A stretch of DNA of 64,000 bases from Chiloscyllium plagiosum (lineage: Eukaryota): assembly GCF_004010195.1 (NCBI RefSeq), contig NC_057751.1, positions 1,527,167 through 1,591,166 of the forward strand, given 5' to 3'. The notes under the pieces are model-generated. The model saw only the letters and a list, made by a program, of their open reading frames with translations, made no database searches and had not been told where the DNA came from. Both the position numbers and the translations under genes were made by a program. Below, one piece after another: positions 25,101-37,100 of this stretch (the first letter of the stretch is position 1; the number at the start of each line of letters is the position of its first letter).

Positions 25101-28100
25101 ATCAGTTTGAGGATGGGCGTGGTGCATGCTGGGTCATGATACCAAAGTTCCACAACACGCTGGAGGATAGGCATGTACGTGGGATAGCTGGGCACAGAAA
25201 GCTAAGGAAATTCGGTCAACTATTCAAATAACTTGCCGATATTAAAAGACATCTCAAACTTCAAGGGAAAGGGAGTGCTGACTTAATTGGCTTCATTATT
25301 AGTGAATACCTCCCTATTTCAATAAAAGCTTGCAGAAGCACCTACTAATTCTCTGATCAATCTTTCAAAGTGCTTCACGTATTGTTGAAGGACTGCCAGC
25401 GATACAGTGGCAAACAGGAAAGCCATTGTTACACAGCAAGATCCCGCATTCAGGAACTAACAGCTGTTGGGGAGCAGTGAACTTCGTTCACACTCAAACA
25501 TGAAGATGGGACCAGAATGATCAGCAATGTTGTTTGAGGAAACAATCTTGCCCATGACACCAAAAACCTTCCGAATGGTACAGCATCTCAATCAGGCAAA
25601 CAAAGCCTTTACATCTTAGCCACAACTCGTTCTCTCTCAGGACAGAACTCCACCACAGAGCTGTCCATCAGGAACTATCTCTGACAGTGCACTGCTTCCT
25701 GAGATGGACCAAAACTGTCTGCTTTGATGATGGCCTCAAATCCCAGGACTGTTTGATTCAGAGATTAATCCCAATTTCACTAAGTTTCACACATCTGTAA
25801 CAATTCAGAAAGAGGAATGAGAGATTTCCTTGTGATTATCTGCTTGTAAGAACGTTCTCAGAAAGCTTTTGTGCTTTTTCACCACAGACTCAACATGAAA
25901 CTGAGGTGCCTTTTTTTCTAGTGAAATGAAGTCACACACTTCTCTGTTTTTGATTCCGGACAAACACCAAAAAGGATACATCCAGTCAAAGAGCATCATA
26001 AAGCTGGTCTTAGCATTAAAGGCAAAGGCAATTCCTCTCAGATCTCTCACCAGGCCAACCAGAGTTCGCTGCAAGTAAACAAACATCACTTAGTGTCATT
26101 ATACAAACATATTGGCAGCTCCAATACCCTCAATTCCCTGATAGGTGTGCCATTCTGGCTGAGAGACACAGAAAGGGCTACAGCAAACTGGAGGCAAGGC
26201 CTCAAACAGATCAGCCATGATCTTGGTGAAAGATGGAGCAGGCTTGAGGCACCGAATGGCCAACTCCTTTTCTCATTTCTTTCACTCGTACCATCATCGG
26301 ACAGGTTGCCATATGCGGAGTGCTATCCATGGCCATATCTACAGCCCTCGAGTGTGACTGCTAAATCAGAACATCATTTTTCCTTCAACAGCCAAATATT
26401 TGATTCAATTCAAATGCAGCAGAGAAAATGACTCTGCAGGAGCATGGTCTTTGCACATGTGGGCATTTGGAAACAGCTGTAACACTGTGCATTGCAATGG
26501 CACAAAGCATATTATCTATTCAAATCTGCACACCAGAAATTATTCCACCCAGCTTGGAATTTAACTCACAGCAAGTTCCTCTATGAGAACTACAGGCAAT
26601 GCAACTACATATACAGCTCACACCGTTGATTCAAGCCACTGTGCCAATGAAACACAAAACAATCAGAAAAATGGGAATACAGAAGACTAAAGGGGTTACC
26701 AACAGATTTTTAGGGGATGCCCGGTGCTGTGAGAGAAGTCATGGACAGACTGTGTTCCAGCGTAACACAGGTTGTTCTACTATAATGCGAAAGTTGTGTT
26801 CCTCTACAATATCACGCTACGGAAACCGCTGTAGAAAATCGCTGTACCTGTTTAGTAGAAAGTTTGCTTTATCCAAACAAGGTCCACAATTTGTCAACCA
26901 CATTAGAGCCAATTTGTGCTGATCAAATGTGCATTCTAACAGAACAACCTGAAAATATATGCAGGAGTATCAGCTACTGCCCAAGCCTGAACAGCAGCTG
27001 GATACCCTGTTGTGCATCCAGCAGGCACAGAACGAATGATAAAGATGGTCACCTTGCTGATGATGGAGTGGCCAAGGAGAGAGTGACAGCCAAGCAGGCA
27101 GGTCACACAATCAGCCTGTGGTTACCATGCCCGCTGATTAGAATTTCATTGTGGAAACTTCCGAGGATGATAATTCGTTCGGGGAGTGCAGCCAGAGACA
27201 AATCCATGGCATGAAGAACATCTCTGCAGTCCATCAGAAATCGTGTGCAAGTTGAGGGGACTGAGAACCAGCCAAGGCTAGCACATACCGGTACGAGTTA
27301 TTTACAGGCCATGCAACACAAGTTGGATGTGGGACACAGGATGAGATAGAGAAGCTTGTGGCATGGACCACAGCTACCATAGTGACTTCAATCTGTGTAT
27401 GACACTGGGGAAAGCAACAGAGCATGAAAGCTGTGGAGGATGAGTTTCTGCAGTATCACAGGAATGACTCTCTGTTGAGAAGCCAACTAGAGGACCTGCT
27501 ATTTCAGATCTGTTATTATGGAACGGAAAAGGGCATACTCATAATTTTTAAGGCCAAGTTTCCCAAAGCAGAGTCAGGAGAACTCATCATGGGAAACACA
27601 GAAATTGGCAGACAGGCTAAATGATTACCTGGTGTCTGTTTTCACTGGTGAGGATATATAACATCTCCCAGAATTAGCAATCTAAGTAACTGAGGAGTTG
27701 AAGAGAATTATTCACAGTAAGAAGGTTGCACTGGGGAAAGTAAATGGAGCAGAAAGGTGATAAATCCCCAAGAACTAATTGTGGGATAGGCAGTGATGTA
27801 CTAACAAGACAGAAAATAGTTAGAACAAATGAGCCTTTCTGACAATGGCAGGCTGTGACGGCTGGGATACTACAAGGATTAATACCTAGCCCCCAGCTCT
27901 TTATAAGATGAAACAATGATTTGAGGTGAGGATTAAATGTAATATTTCCAAACTTGCAGATGACGCAAAGTCAAGTGGGAATATGTGTTGTGAGCAAGAT
28001 GGAAAGTGGACTGCAGAGAGTTTGGACAGGTCTAGCAAATGGGCAAGAACAGGCACTTTGAAAATAATGTGCAAACATGTGACATTACCCACTTGGTAGG

Positions 28101-31100
28101 AGAATCAGACGTGCAGATTACTCTTTGACCAAGAGATGTTGGGCTTAAGTGTCCTCGTTGATAAATCACTGAGGGCTAACAAACAGGAATAGCAAGTTAT
28201 TAAGAAGCCTATTGGAATGTTGCCTTCTATTCTAAGAGGATTTGAGGATGGGAGTAGTGAGGTTTTGCTTCATAAGAGCTTGGTTAACCCATCAGGATGC
28301 TGAGTACAGTTTTGGTTTCCTTATCTCAGGAAAGATATTATTGTCACCGAGGGAGTGAACAAAGGTTCACCCAGACTTATTCCTGGGATGGTGGAACTAT
28401 CCTGTGAAGAGAGACTGGTCAAACTGGGTCTGTATTGTCACAGGTTTTCAACAAAAAAAGGTGATCTCATTGAAACTCACAAAATACTTCAAGGGACAGA
28501 CAAGGGTGGATGCAGCTGGTGGGGAGTCTAGAACCAGGGGCATAACTCCAACAAGAGGGATGCCACTTCGGGGTGACGTGGAGCTGCTGGTGTTGAACTG
28601 GGATGGACAAGGTCTGCAGTCAGAGGACACCAGGTTATAGTCCAACAGGTTTATTTGAAATTACAAGCCTATGGAGTGCAGCCTCTCCCTTAGTCAGGTG
28701 AAGCAGTGCTCCGAAAGCTTGTGATTTCAAATAAACCAGTCAGACAACAACTTGGTGTCCTCTGACTTCGGACTGAGACAAGGAAAAGTAGTTCCATGAG
28801 GGTAGTGCATATTTGGAATTCTCTATCACAAAGGGTTGTGCGAGGTTCAGTGTTTGAGTCAGTTCAATGTAGATCCTGTTAGATTTCTGACTACCATGGT
28901 GTTCAGGATTACAGGGATAATGCAGGCACTGAACTGTTCAATCTCTCACGATTGTGTCAATAGGCTGAGAGGGGTTGGCAGCTTGAATGATCTGCTCCCA
29001 TTCCAGAGTTAAGAATGTTTCTGTAAAGACGTCCATAGATCAAATCCACAAAACCAGTTTGCTCCAAGTGCATAGTTTTGTAAATTAAGTACAGTTTGTT
29101 GAAATTCAGCAGCTGCAATTGAGGGAATGAGAAAATGTTGTACCTTAGCGTCTTGCTCATTGAACGTGTTTGAATTAAACATCTGTGCCACTGTTTCAAA
29201 TGCTGCTGTTAAAGGGAGCATGAACTGCTCAAACTGGTCTTCATCCTCACCTGTAGGAATGGACAGAGCATCTAGTGAGTTACTCGCAAGACTCTTTCTC
29301 AAACACCAACATTCTCATCTTCTTCCTGAATTATCCATTCCCTGACAATTGCTCATTGGTATCTGTCTCAAGTGGCCGATGTTGGCAACCCCATAAAAAT
29401 GCATCTTCAACTGCAAATGAGCTAGATCCTGCATGCACCCAGAACATAACCACATTTCCAGCAGCACCCCTTGGGGAATGTGACTGATCTAAAGGTGAAC
29501 TATTCTCCCTACTGCACCTCAGCTGATCCTTCTTGTCAAGCAATCCAATTGTAAAAACTGATGCGACAATATTCTGTAGCATTTCCTGGCTCTCAGCAAC
29601 TTTCCCCCCTCACTTTCAAACTTTGCCTCTTTGTGTATCTTCCAATCCTAACAGCCATTTGTTTGGAAACTTACATTTTATCCTCAAATTCTCCACCCTC
29701 TGAGGAGCGAATGACTTCACATCTCCCCTGCTCGATTTGTTCAGATTTGGCAGCTCCTGTCAAGTTCCCTTGGCCTTTCTCTCTGCATTCAATAATCTCC
29801 TTCAAATCCTTCTCATTCAATTGCGGCTCTCTGCCTCTCTGAAACCAAGTGGCAAATTCTATCATCCCAGCTGAGACATCATATTCCGAGGGTGTGTGTA
29901 ATCAGAAACAGGGCAGTATAGTCCTGACTCTGACAAACACTCCCGGGTAACCGCTGAGAGCCCTAGAATTTACCTGGTGAGGTGCTCTGATGTCTTCTCC
30001 ATGTGTGGAGCTGTAGAACTGCCAGCTGCAGTAGATATCAGAAAGTGTTACAGAATATCACCGCCAGTTTTACGGCACTAGTTGGTTTTCAGAACATAGA
30101 ACTTTTATCTTCGGTCAACTAGAACATTATCTACTCTGGATGTTCAGCCATGTTCCGTTACTATTTACAATGATAACCGTGTAGATTGACAGTCAAGGAT
30201 AATTCATCCCTCTGACGTTTGCAGCTCTTGCATACCTAGATCAACCATAAGCAAGCGTCCAAGGGCTGTGTAGAAGGTGGTGCGGCAACGCATGTCACTC
30301 AGGTTAGATTGGTTATTGATGCCCAGGAATGAGAAGTGTTCACTCTGTCAATTCAAGTTGCAACACAAGGTTACTCACTCATTCTCCAATTAGCATAAAA
30401 ATACACAACATACAGCATCAAGATCACTGTCAGAGTCCATTTTCGAACATTTAAAACGTTCATTCCAACATGAAATCCAGAGGTTTCTCATTGTTTCACT
30501 GATTTTTAACAGGAGTTAACCTGAAACGATTATTTCGAATGGGAACCAAATTGGACAAAGTGACTCCACCAACATGGGTTCGAAATAGAACTCGTACCCA
30601 TTTGGATTGAGAGCATTCTAAACTTCATCAAGGGAGAAAGGGTGGAGCGAAAGGCCCGAAACAAAACAAGAGGCGTATGGGGTACTTACTGTGTGATTGT
30701 TCAGCATGAATTGAACAGCAGTGAGTTTCACCAGCTTCCTCACACTGCTGTATGTACATCCAATCAGTTAAGGAGAATCAACCAGCATTGACAGTAGAAT
30801 TGCACTCACTCCTTCAGGTGCTTGGCTCTCTTCCTTTCAATTTCAAAAGCTATGTTGTAAACAGCTTTCCACTGACAGCTATTTCAGGCAGCATCAGGAT
30901 GAATTGCACTCACCAGTTCCTTTCCTGTTGGGGGGTGGAGATGCCTCCCAGCTGCCAGCTGCCCCAGCTGCTTAACTCACTTGGAACAAGCAGTTTTCCA
31001 CTGGCTTTCAAACATAACCCAACATAACACAATGATTCTGGGGGTATTTCAAACTGGTGAGAGCAAGGGTTATGGTGCTCTGGATCATTTTGTCACAAAC

Positions 31101-34100
31101 AGTAACAAAGATCTCTACTGAACCCAGGCTGATGTACAGGCACTAAGCCAGACACCAACAATTGACACTGCGGGCATTCAATGCGAAGGCTAATAATTCA
31201 ACTGGCAATACAACATTCCAACCCATCTTCCAAACACTGTTTGCAATGAGCATTTGGGTGATTCTGGTCTTGGAACTTGGTGTTAAACACTGACTATATG
31301 CACCATCTCCCAGCTTCATTGTTGCCCTCCATATGCCTTTCCATGATGACAGATCTGAATGGGGCTCTTCCACTGCAGATAACACACCCCTAACTCGCAA
31401 TGCCTGCTGCCTGACAGTGCTAAAATCAAGACTTATTAAACTGTATTTGCCTCAACGTTGACGGTCTCCGAGGACCTTCTTTCCAGACTTTGCTCTACCA
31501 GATTTTGTCCCAAAATGTGGTGTCACATCCAGCCCGACCTCCTGACTCATCCCTTGAGAGACCTCAAGATAGTACAGTTGGCCTTGACCCTTCACCTTGG
31601 GATCCCAGAAGCCAGTCAACCTGTTTAAGTGATCCATTTTGTTTTTTAAATGAAAGGATATCCGATGGAAAGATCATTCAGCAGCTGAAGTGTCTTTGAA
31701 GTAATTGGTTCACACCTTCCCCAGAACTTCAGGTTGGTAATTCTGGTTGGAGATCAGAGAGTCATTGTTAACAGTCAAATACAAAAACAAACGTGCAACA
31801 TTTCCGTCTCTCTTTTCAAACAGAGGCTTTGGATTAATTAGTGTATTCACTCCAATAACGTTTAACTCAATAAAATAACACAGCTGAAATTCTGACCACA
31901 GTATACACAGATGTTAACCACTTGATTTTCCAGACAGACTTTATGTTGCACTGACGAGATGCAAGGAGCTCTGGCAACTGGAAGGCACTGCTTCACGCTC
32001 ACAAAGCGTGTTCAATCCGAGTTCAGAATTGAGTGTGGCTACCTCAGTTACGTTCAACACTTCTGAAACAAACCAACTCTGAACATCTCCTACAAACTCT
32101 CAACCAATTTTCGGACACAGTCACTGCTCTTTCCTTAAGATGGGAGGGAGAGGTGTTTTTTTGATAGTAGAATTACTTTCTCATTCGTTGCACATGACAT
32201 GTAACTTATGAATTAGGCCGGTACGATGGAACCTGGAGCTTGTGCCAAGTCAGGGCAATTATGAACCTAAGTTGCTGACAAGCTGGAGTTTTCACTCTGA
32301 CATCTATAACTTTCCCTTGACTTTAGTACTGGATACCACGAGAAGTGGCCAGCTATGACCATCACCCCTTTAACTTACTAAGTGACATTTCAGTAATGCT
32401 GACAGCTCCCGCCCCTGGGGTATGGGAGTTTGCCATGAATTAAGCCACAGCACTCAGATCAGCTACTTGGCTAACTTACAGAAACTTCAGTCAGGTCAAA
32501 AGAGGAAATGAAAAATCCAAGTGCCAACAAACTTGAGCTGCCCGAGCTTCCATGTTGAAGCCAGCAGCCCTTGAAGCACAGGATCGATCAAGTTTGAGTT
32601 GGCCACTAGAGGTCAGCAGAATTCAGGTCTCCCAGCAAGCTGATGGGTGTGTGACAGGCCATGACAGAGAGCAGGTTCTGTGAGGACATTGGCCCAAGGT
32701 CAAATCCCTGGAATACTGTTTAAATACAGGCCAGGGAGAGCAGCAGCAGCAGCTCAGTGAAGGCTGAAAACCTCAAGCTCCAAAATGGAAACTAGTACAC
32801 ACATTTTCAGAGATACACAATTTATGAATGATGCTTCCAACAAATAGTCAGATAATTGCCAGCCAGTAACGCAATAGAATCGGGAAGTTTTGTGAATTAG
32901 AGCCTCTGTGCTGAAACATGAAATTTGCATGGGTCTAACTGAAGCCAGTTAAGGATCACTTCTCTACTTCATTCTCTTTCAGTCGACAGTACCGTTCTGC
33001 CCTTGATCGAGGCAGATGAGAATGAGGTGGTCCGTATTCTGTTCAGTTTTGGACTGATTGTGAAGGGCAGCCTTCCTGTCTCTGCCCAAACTGAGTACAT
33101 TTCCATCTGCAGGAAGGACAAAAGGCAGGCTCATGTTTCAGGTGAACCGACTGTCTGTCCAAGAGGCATCGCCCAGAACATCAACTCTTCTTTGAGATTC
33201 TCTGGGACTTGTTCCTATTTCTCTTTACTGCCTTTTCAGCAAACACCTTGGAATGTCTCAACATTCGTCCAAATACAGATTCCAAGTAAATGGAAGCTTT
33301 GTGATTCCCACAGCACACACATAACCTTCCTTACATCAGAGGTCAACAAAAGCTCACTTATACCTCCTACCTCAGGGTTAATGAGGCGCAGAAACAACTG
33401 CTTGGGGGCTACAGGGAGAATCAAACTGAATAACCTATTTTCCACAGTGAATCCACTGACACGACACACTCAATTCATAGGAAAATCAGGAACTGAAACC
33501 CCAAATTATGACCACAGCCTGCTGTTGAATCAACAGGTCATTGAAATGTCAGAGGCACCTGTGTGCATATACTCACATTTTTCCGATGAAAACACTCAGA
33601 ACCATTGTCTCATCGTTCAGCCCCAGGACCTCAGACAGCCTGCGGTATAACTGCACAGAAGGAAACAAAGCACAAACCATCATTAGAAAACAGACAGGAA
33701 CCACTGGGACAGGCAAATGACTTCACACGACGGAGATAAACATGGCTTTCAGTTTGTGCACTGACAAACTAGTGGGCGGCACGGTGGCACAGTGGTTAGC
33801 ACTGCTGCCTCACAGCGCCAGAGACCCGGGTTCAATTCCCGCCTCAGGCGACTGACTGTGTGGAGTTTGCATGTTCTCCCCGTGTCTGCGTGGGTTTCCT
33901 CCGGGTGCTCCGGTTTCCTCCCACATCACAAAGATGTGCAGGGTCAGGTGAACTGGCCATACTAAATTGCCCGTAGTGTTAGGTAAAGGGTAAATGTAGG
34001 GGTATGGGTGGGTTTCGCTTCTGCGGGTCGGTGTGGACTTGTTGGGCCGAAGGGCCTGTTTCTACACTGTAATCTAATCTAATCTAAATCTCTGATGAAG

Positions 34101-37100
34101 GGCTTTTGCCCAAAACGTCGATTTTTCTGCTCCCTGGATGCTGTCTGACCTGCTGTGCTTTTCCAGCACCACTCTGATCCAAACTCTGGTTTCCAGCATC
34201 TGCAGTCCTCACTTTTGCCCTGAAGGATACATGTTGGCCAAGACACAGAGAGAATCCTTTACTTTTGCATCTTACGTTCAGTTCAGCAGTCAGACAAGAC
34301 CTCCCTGGCATACCTCAATGTGAGATGGGAGTCTTTACAGGAAAGCACTGCTTCTGTACTGCACTCCAGCTACAAGTGCTCAAATTTCTGAAGTTAAAAA
34401 TCACACAACACCAGGTTATAGTCCAACAGGTTTAATTGGAAGCACACTGGCTTTCGGAGTGACGCTCCTTCATCAGGTGAAAGCTAGTGTGCTTCCAATT
34501 AAACCTGTTGGACTATAACCTGGTGTTGTGTGATTTTTAACTTTGTACACCCCAGTCCAACACCGGCATCTCCAAATCACAAATTTCTGAACTAAGCCAG
34601 GAACCTGGAACATCTTCAGTACAGGTGGGAATACCACCAACTGAGCAAAGGTAACAGTTAAAATGAAGCCAAATACAAAGACTAACCTCACATTGTCAGT
34701 ATTTTCCAGCTGACACACCGAACAGGCTACGTTGCTCAGAAACATGAACCCTCTTAAAATTACAGTCATTACTGATGAGTGGTAACAGCTGAACAAAGTT
34801 AACGTCAACAGTGTCAGCATTCTCAACAATGTATCTTAATAACTGACAAACATCCTGAACCACAAACTAAATTCTTCACCCCAGTCTGGTCTGCAATTAC
34901 AGCTGTTTCATTAATGAAAGACTGAACACAATGGTGTTGGTATAAAGGAAAACTTGACCTTTTTTGTTGGCATTTAACAGTCTTGCAAATACTCAACAGC
35001 ACTGAATGCTGTCTGAAAGTACATTGCCATTAAATTAGCAAATGAGGCACAAGATCCCATAGACAATGCCAAAAGGAACTGACATGTCCATCTGTTCCCA
35101 CTCTTTCTGTCCGTCTCCTACTCCTTGGGTAAACAGCCTAGTCCCCAGCACCAACTCCCCACTATCAGTCCTAGGCCTACGTAGTCCTGGCTAATATTTA
35201 ATTAGGTTGGCAGAGAGGGTACAGAGCAAATTGTGTGTCCCGGGCTAACTAAAGGGTGGAACAGGAAGGTGGGAGATCCAAGGGGGACGAGTTCCTGCTC
35301 CATATCAACACTTGGAGATCTCCTTCCCCCTGCTGGGACAGTCAATCTGCTGTTAGCAGCTGAGAAAACAACCCAACTCAGCAGTGAGATTGCTCTCGCC
35401 CCCTGCCAGGCCACCCCACTTCCCAAGAGTTCATGGCAAAATGAAGAGCATGAGCTGTTGTCACATCTTCAAGTGAAACCTCTCAAAGTTACCCATTCCA
35501 TGTTGTGTTCAGGCTTCACATTAAAGATTCAGCAAGCAGTTATTGAGAGGAACTTCAAGCCAAGTCCCACTGCATTTGGATTTACATCAAAATGCTGCTC
35601 ATACCTAAGTACTGAAGAACACTGACTGATGCGAACCTGAAAAATACATGAACTCACTGTCTGCCTACCTGGTAGTACAAACATAATTTCTACCTTCTGT
35701 AGCAAACTTCTGTCACAGCATTATCTCACCCATATAACCAAGCTTCACAATCTTACTGCTGATTACAGACAAAGTGCTAGGTTGACCATTTGAATTACAT
35801 GAGAAACCAAAGTCCATCTACCTACACAGAATGGCACTGAAGATCTAGGTGCATCCTGATTCAGGAACAAGAAGCTTTCCTGAGTTATGGACTGTTGATG
35901 AAAGTAATATATATGCATTATTTACGAGACTTGCCATTTCTGGAATGTTGCTCACCACAGAACAGCTGTTCAATTAGTTTTCTATAACAACGTGCTGCAT
36001 TTAACAAGTTATTTAATACATTCATTTTCCTAAGTTCATAAGCTACAGGAGCGGAATTAGGCCATTCAGCCCATCAAGTTTGCTCCACCATTCTGTCAGG
36101 GCTGATATGCTCCTCACCCCCATTTTCCTGCCTTCTCTCCATGTCCTTCAACCCATTGCCAATTAAAAATCTGTCTAACTCCTCCTTAAATTTACCCATT
36201 GCACTATGGGGTAGCAAATTCCACAGATTCACCATCCTTTGGAAGAAGGGGTTTCTCCTCAACTCTGTTTTAAATTTGCGACCCCTTATCCTAAGACTAT
36301 GACCTGTCGGCCTAGAATGGCCCACAACAGGAAGCATCCGCTCCACGTCTATTTCATCCATCGTATATTTATGAGAGATGACCAGGGCACAGTCAAGTTT
36401 TCTTTCTTGATGGTCAATATGCTAACACAAATGATGGTTTTTATTTCAGTTCAGTGTCACACCAACAGAGTCAGCATAAGTTACCATGCTGTTAGTCTGC
36501 AGCAAAAGGTCATGAAAACCAATTCTGTTTCCAAACCTCCAGGCAAAAAGCAAAGCAAGAGCAGATAAAGGAGGAAGGGCCTCAGTAACTCTGACTCTGT
36601 TCCTTGTTACCTTGGAGGACTTCTGAACCTGATCCCCGATATAAATCTTGCGGAACTGCTCAAAGAAACTCAACATGGCCAGTTCCAGCTTCTCATTGCC
36701 TGCTTGAGCCAATCGAGAATCAGTCAGGTTCATCAGCTGTAAAACCCTGAAAAGGAACAGACAAACACCCAGTCAAATCTCCCCACAACACACTGCAATC
36801 GCCAATACATAGGGAGATGAGCTGAAGAATTCATTCAGCACTGTCAAGATCATCATATTGCCAGCTTTCAACCCTACTGTACAGCTCCTCACCTGACACA
36901 TCACATAAAGCACTGTGGTGCAGATAGAAGTGTCACCAGGCAACAGGGTAAGAAGTGACACAGCAGGTGAGACATAAAATAAACCCCACCTCCACACTGT
37001 TACACTGCCATGTTCAAATTCAATCAGAAACTGGACTGGAGGAGTACTAGACTAGCCAATCAACAAGCGGAATACCTGGACTCAAGGCAGTGATTCAGAG

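Noticed and set aside
32939..32954. TCCTTAAC followed by AG (U12-like 3' splice site) on the - strand
   Set aside because: No U12 donor upstream in that intron, and a given 8-mer is expected about twice by chance in 64 kb across both strands.
33003..33650. 215-aa + strand ORF
   Set aside because: Antisense to an XPO7 intron and exon, non-ATG start, no recognisable domain.
33773..33850. tRNA gene
   Set aside because: The A and B boxes belong to a tRNA-derived SINE head; no full cloverleaf or T-run terminator.
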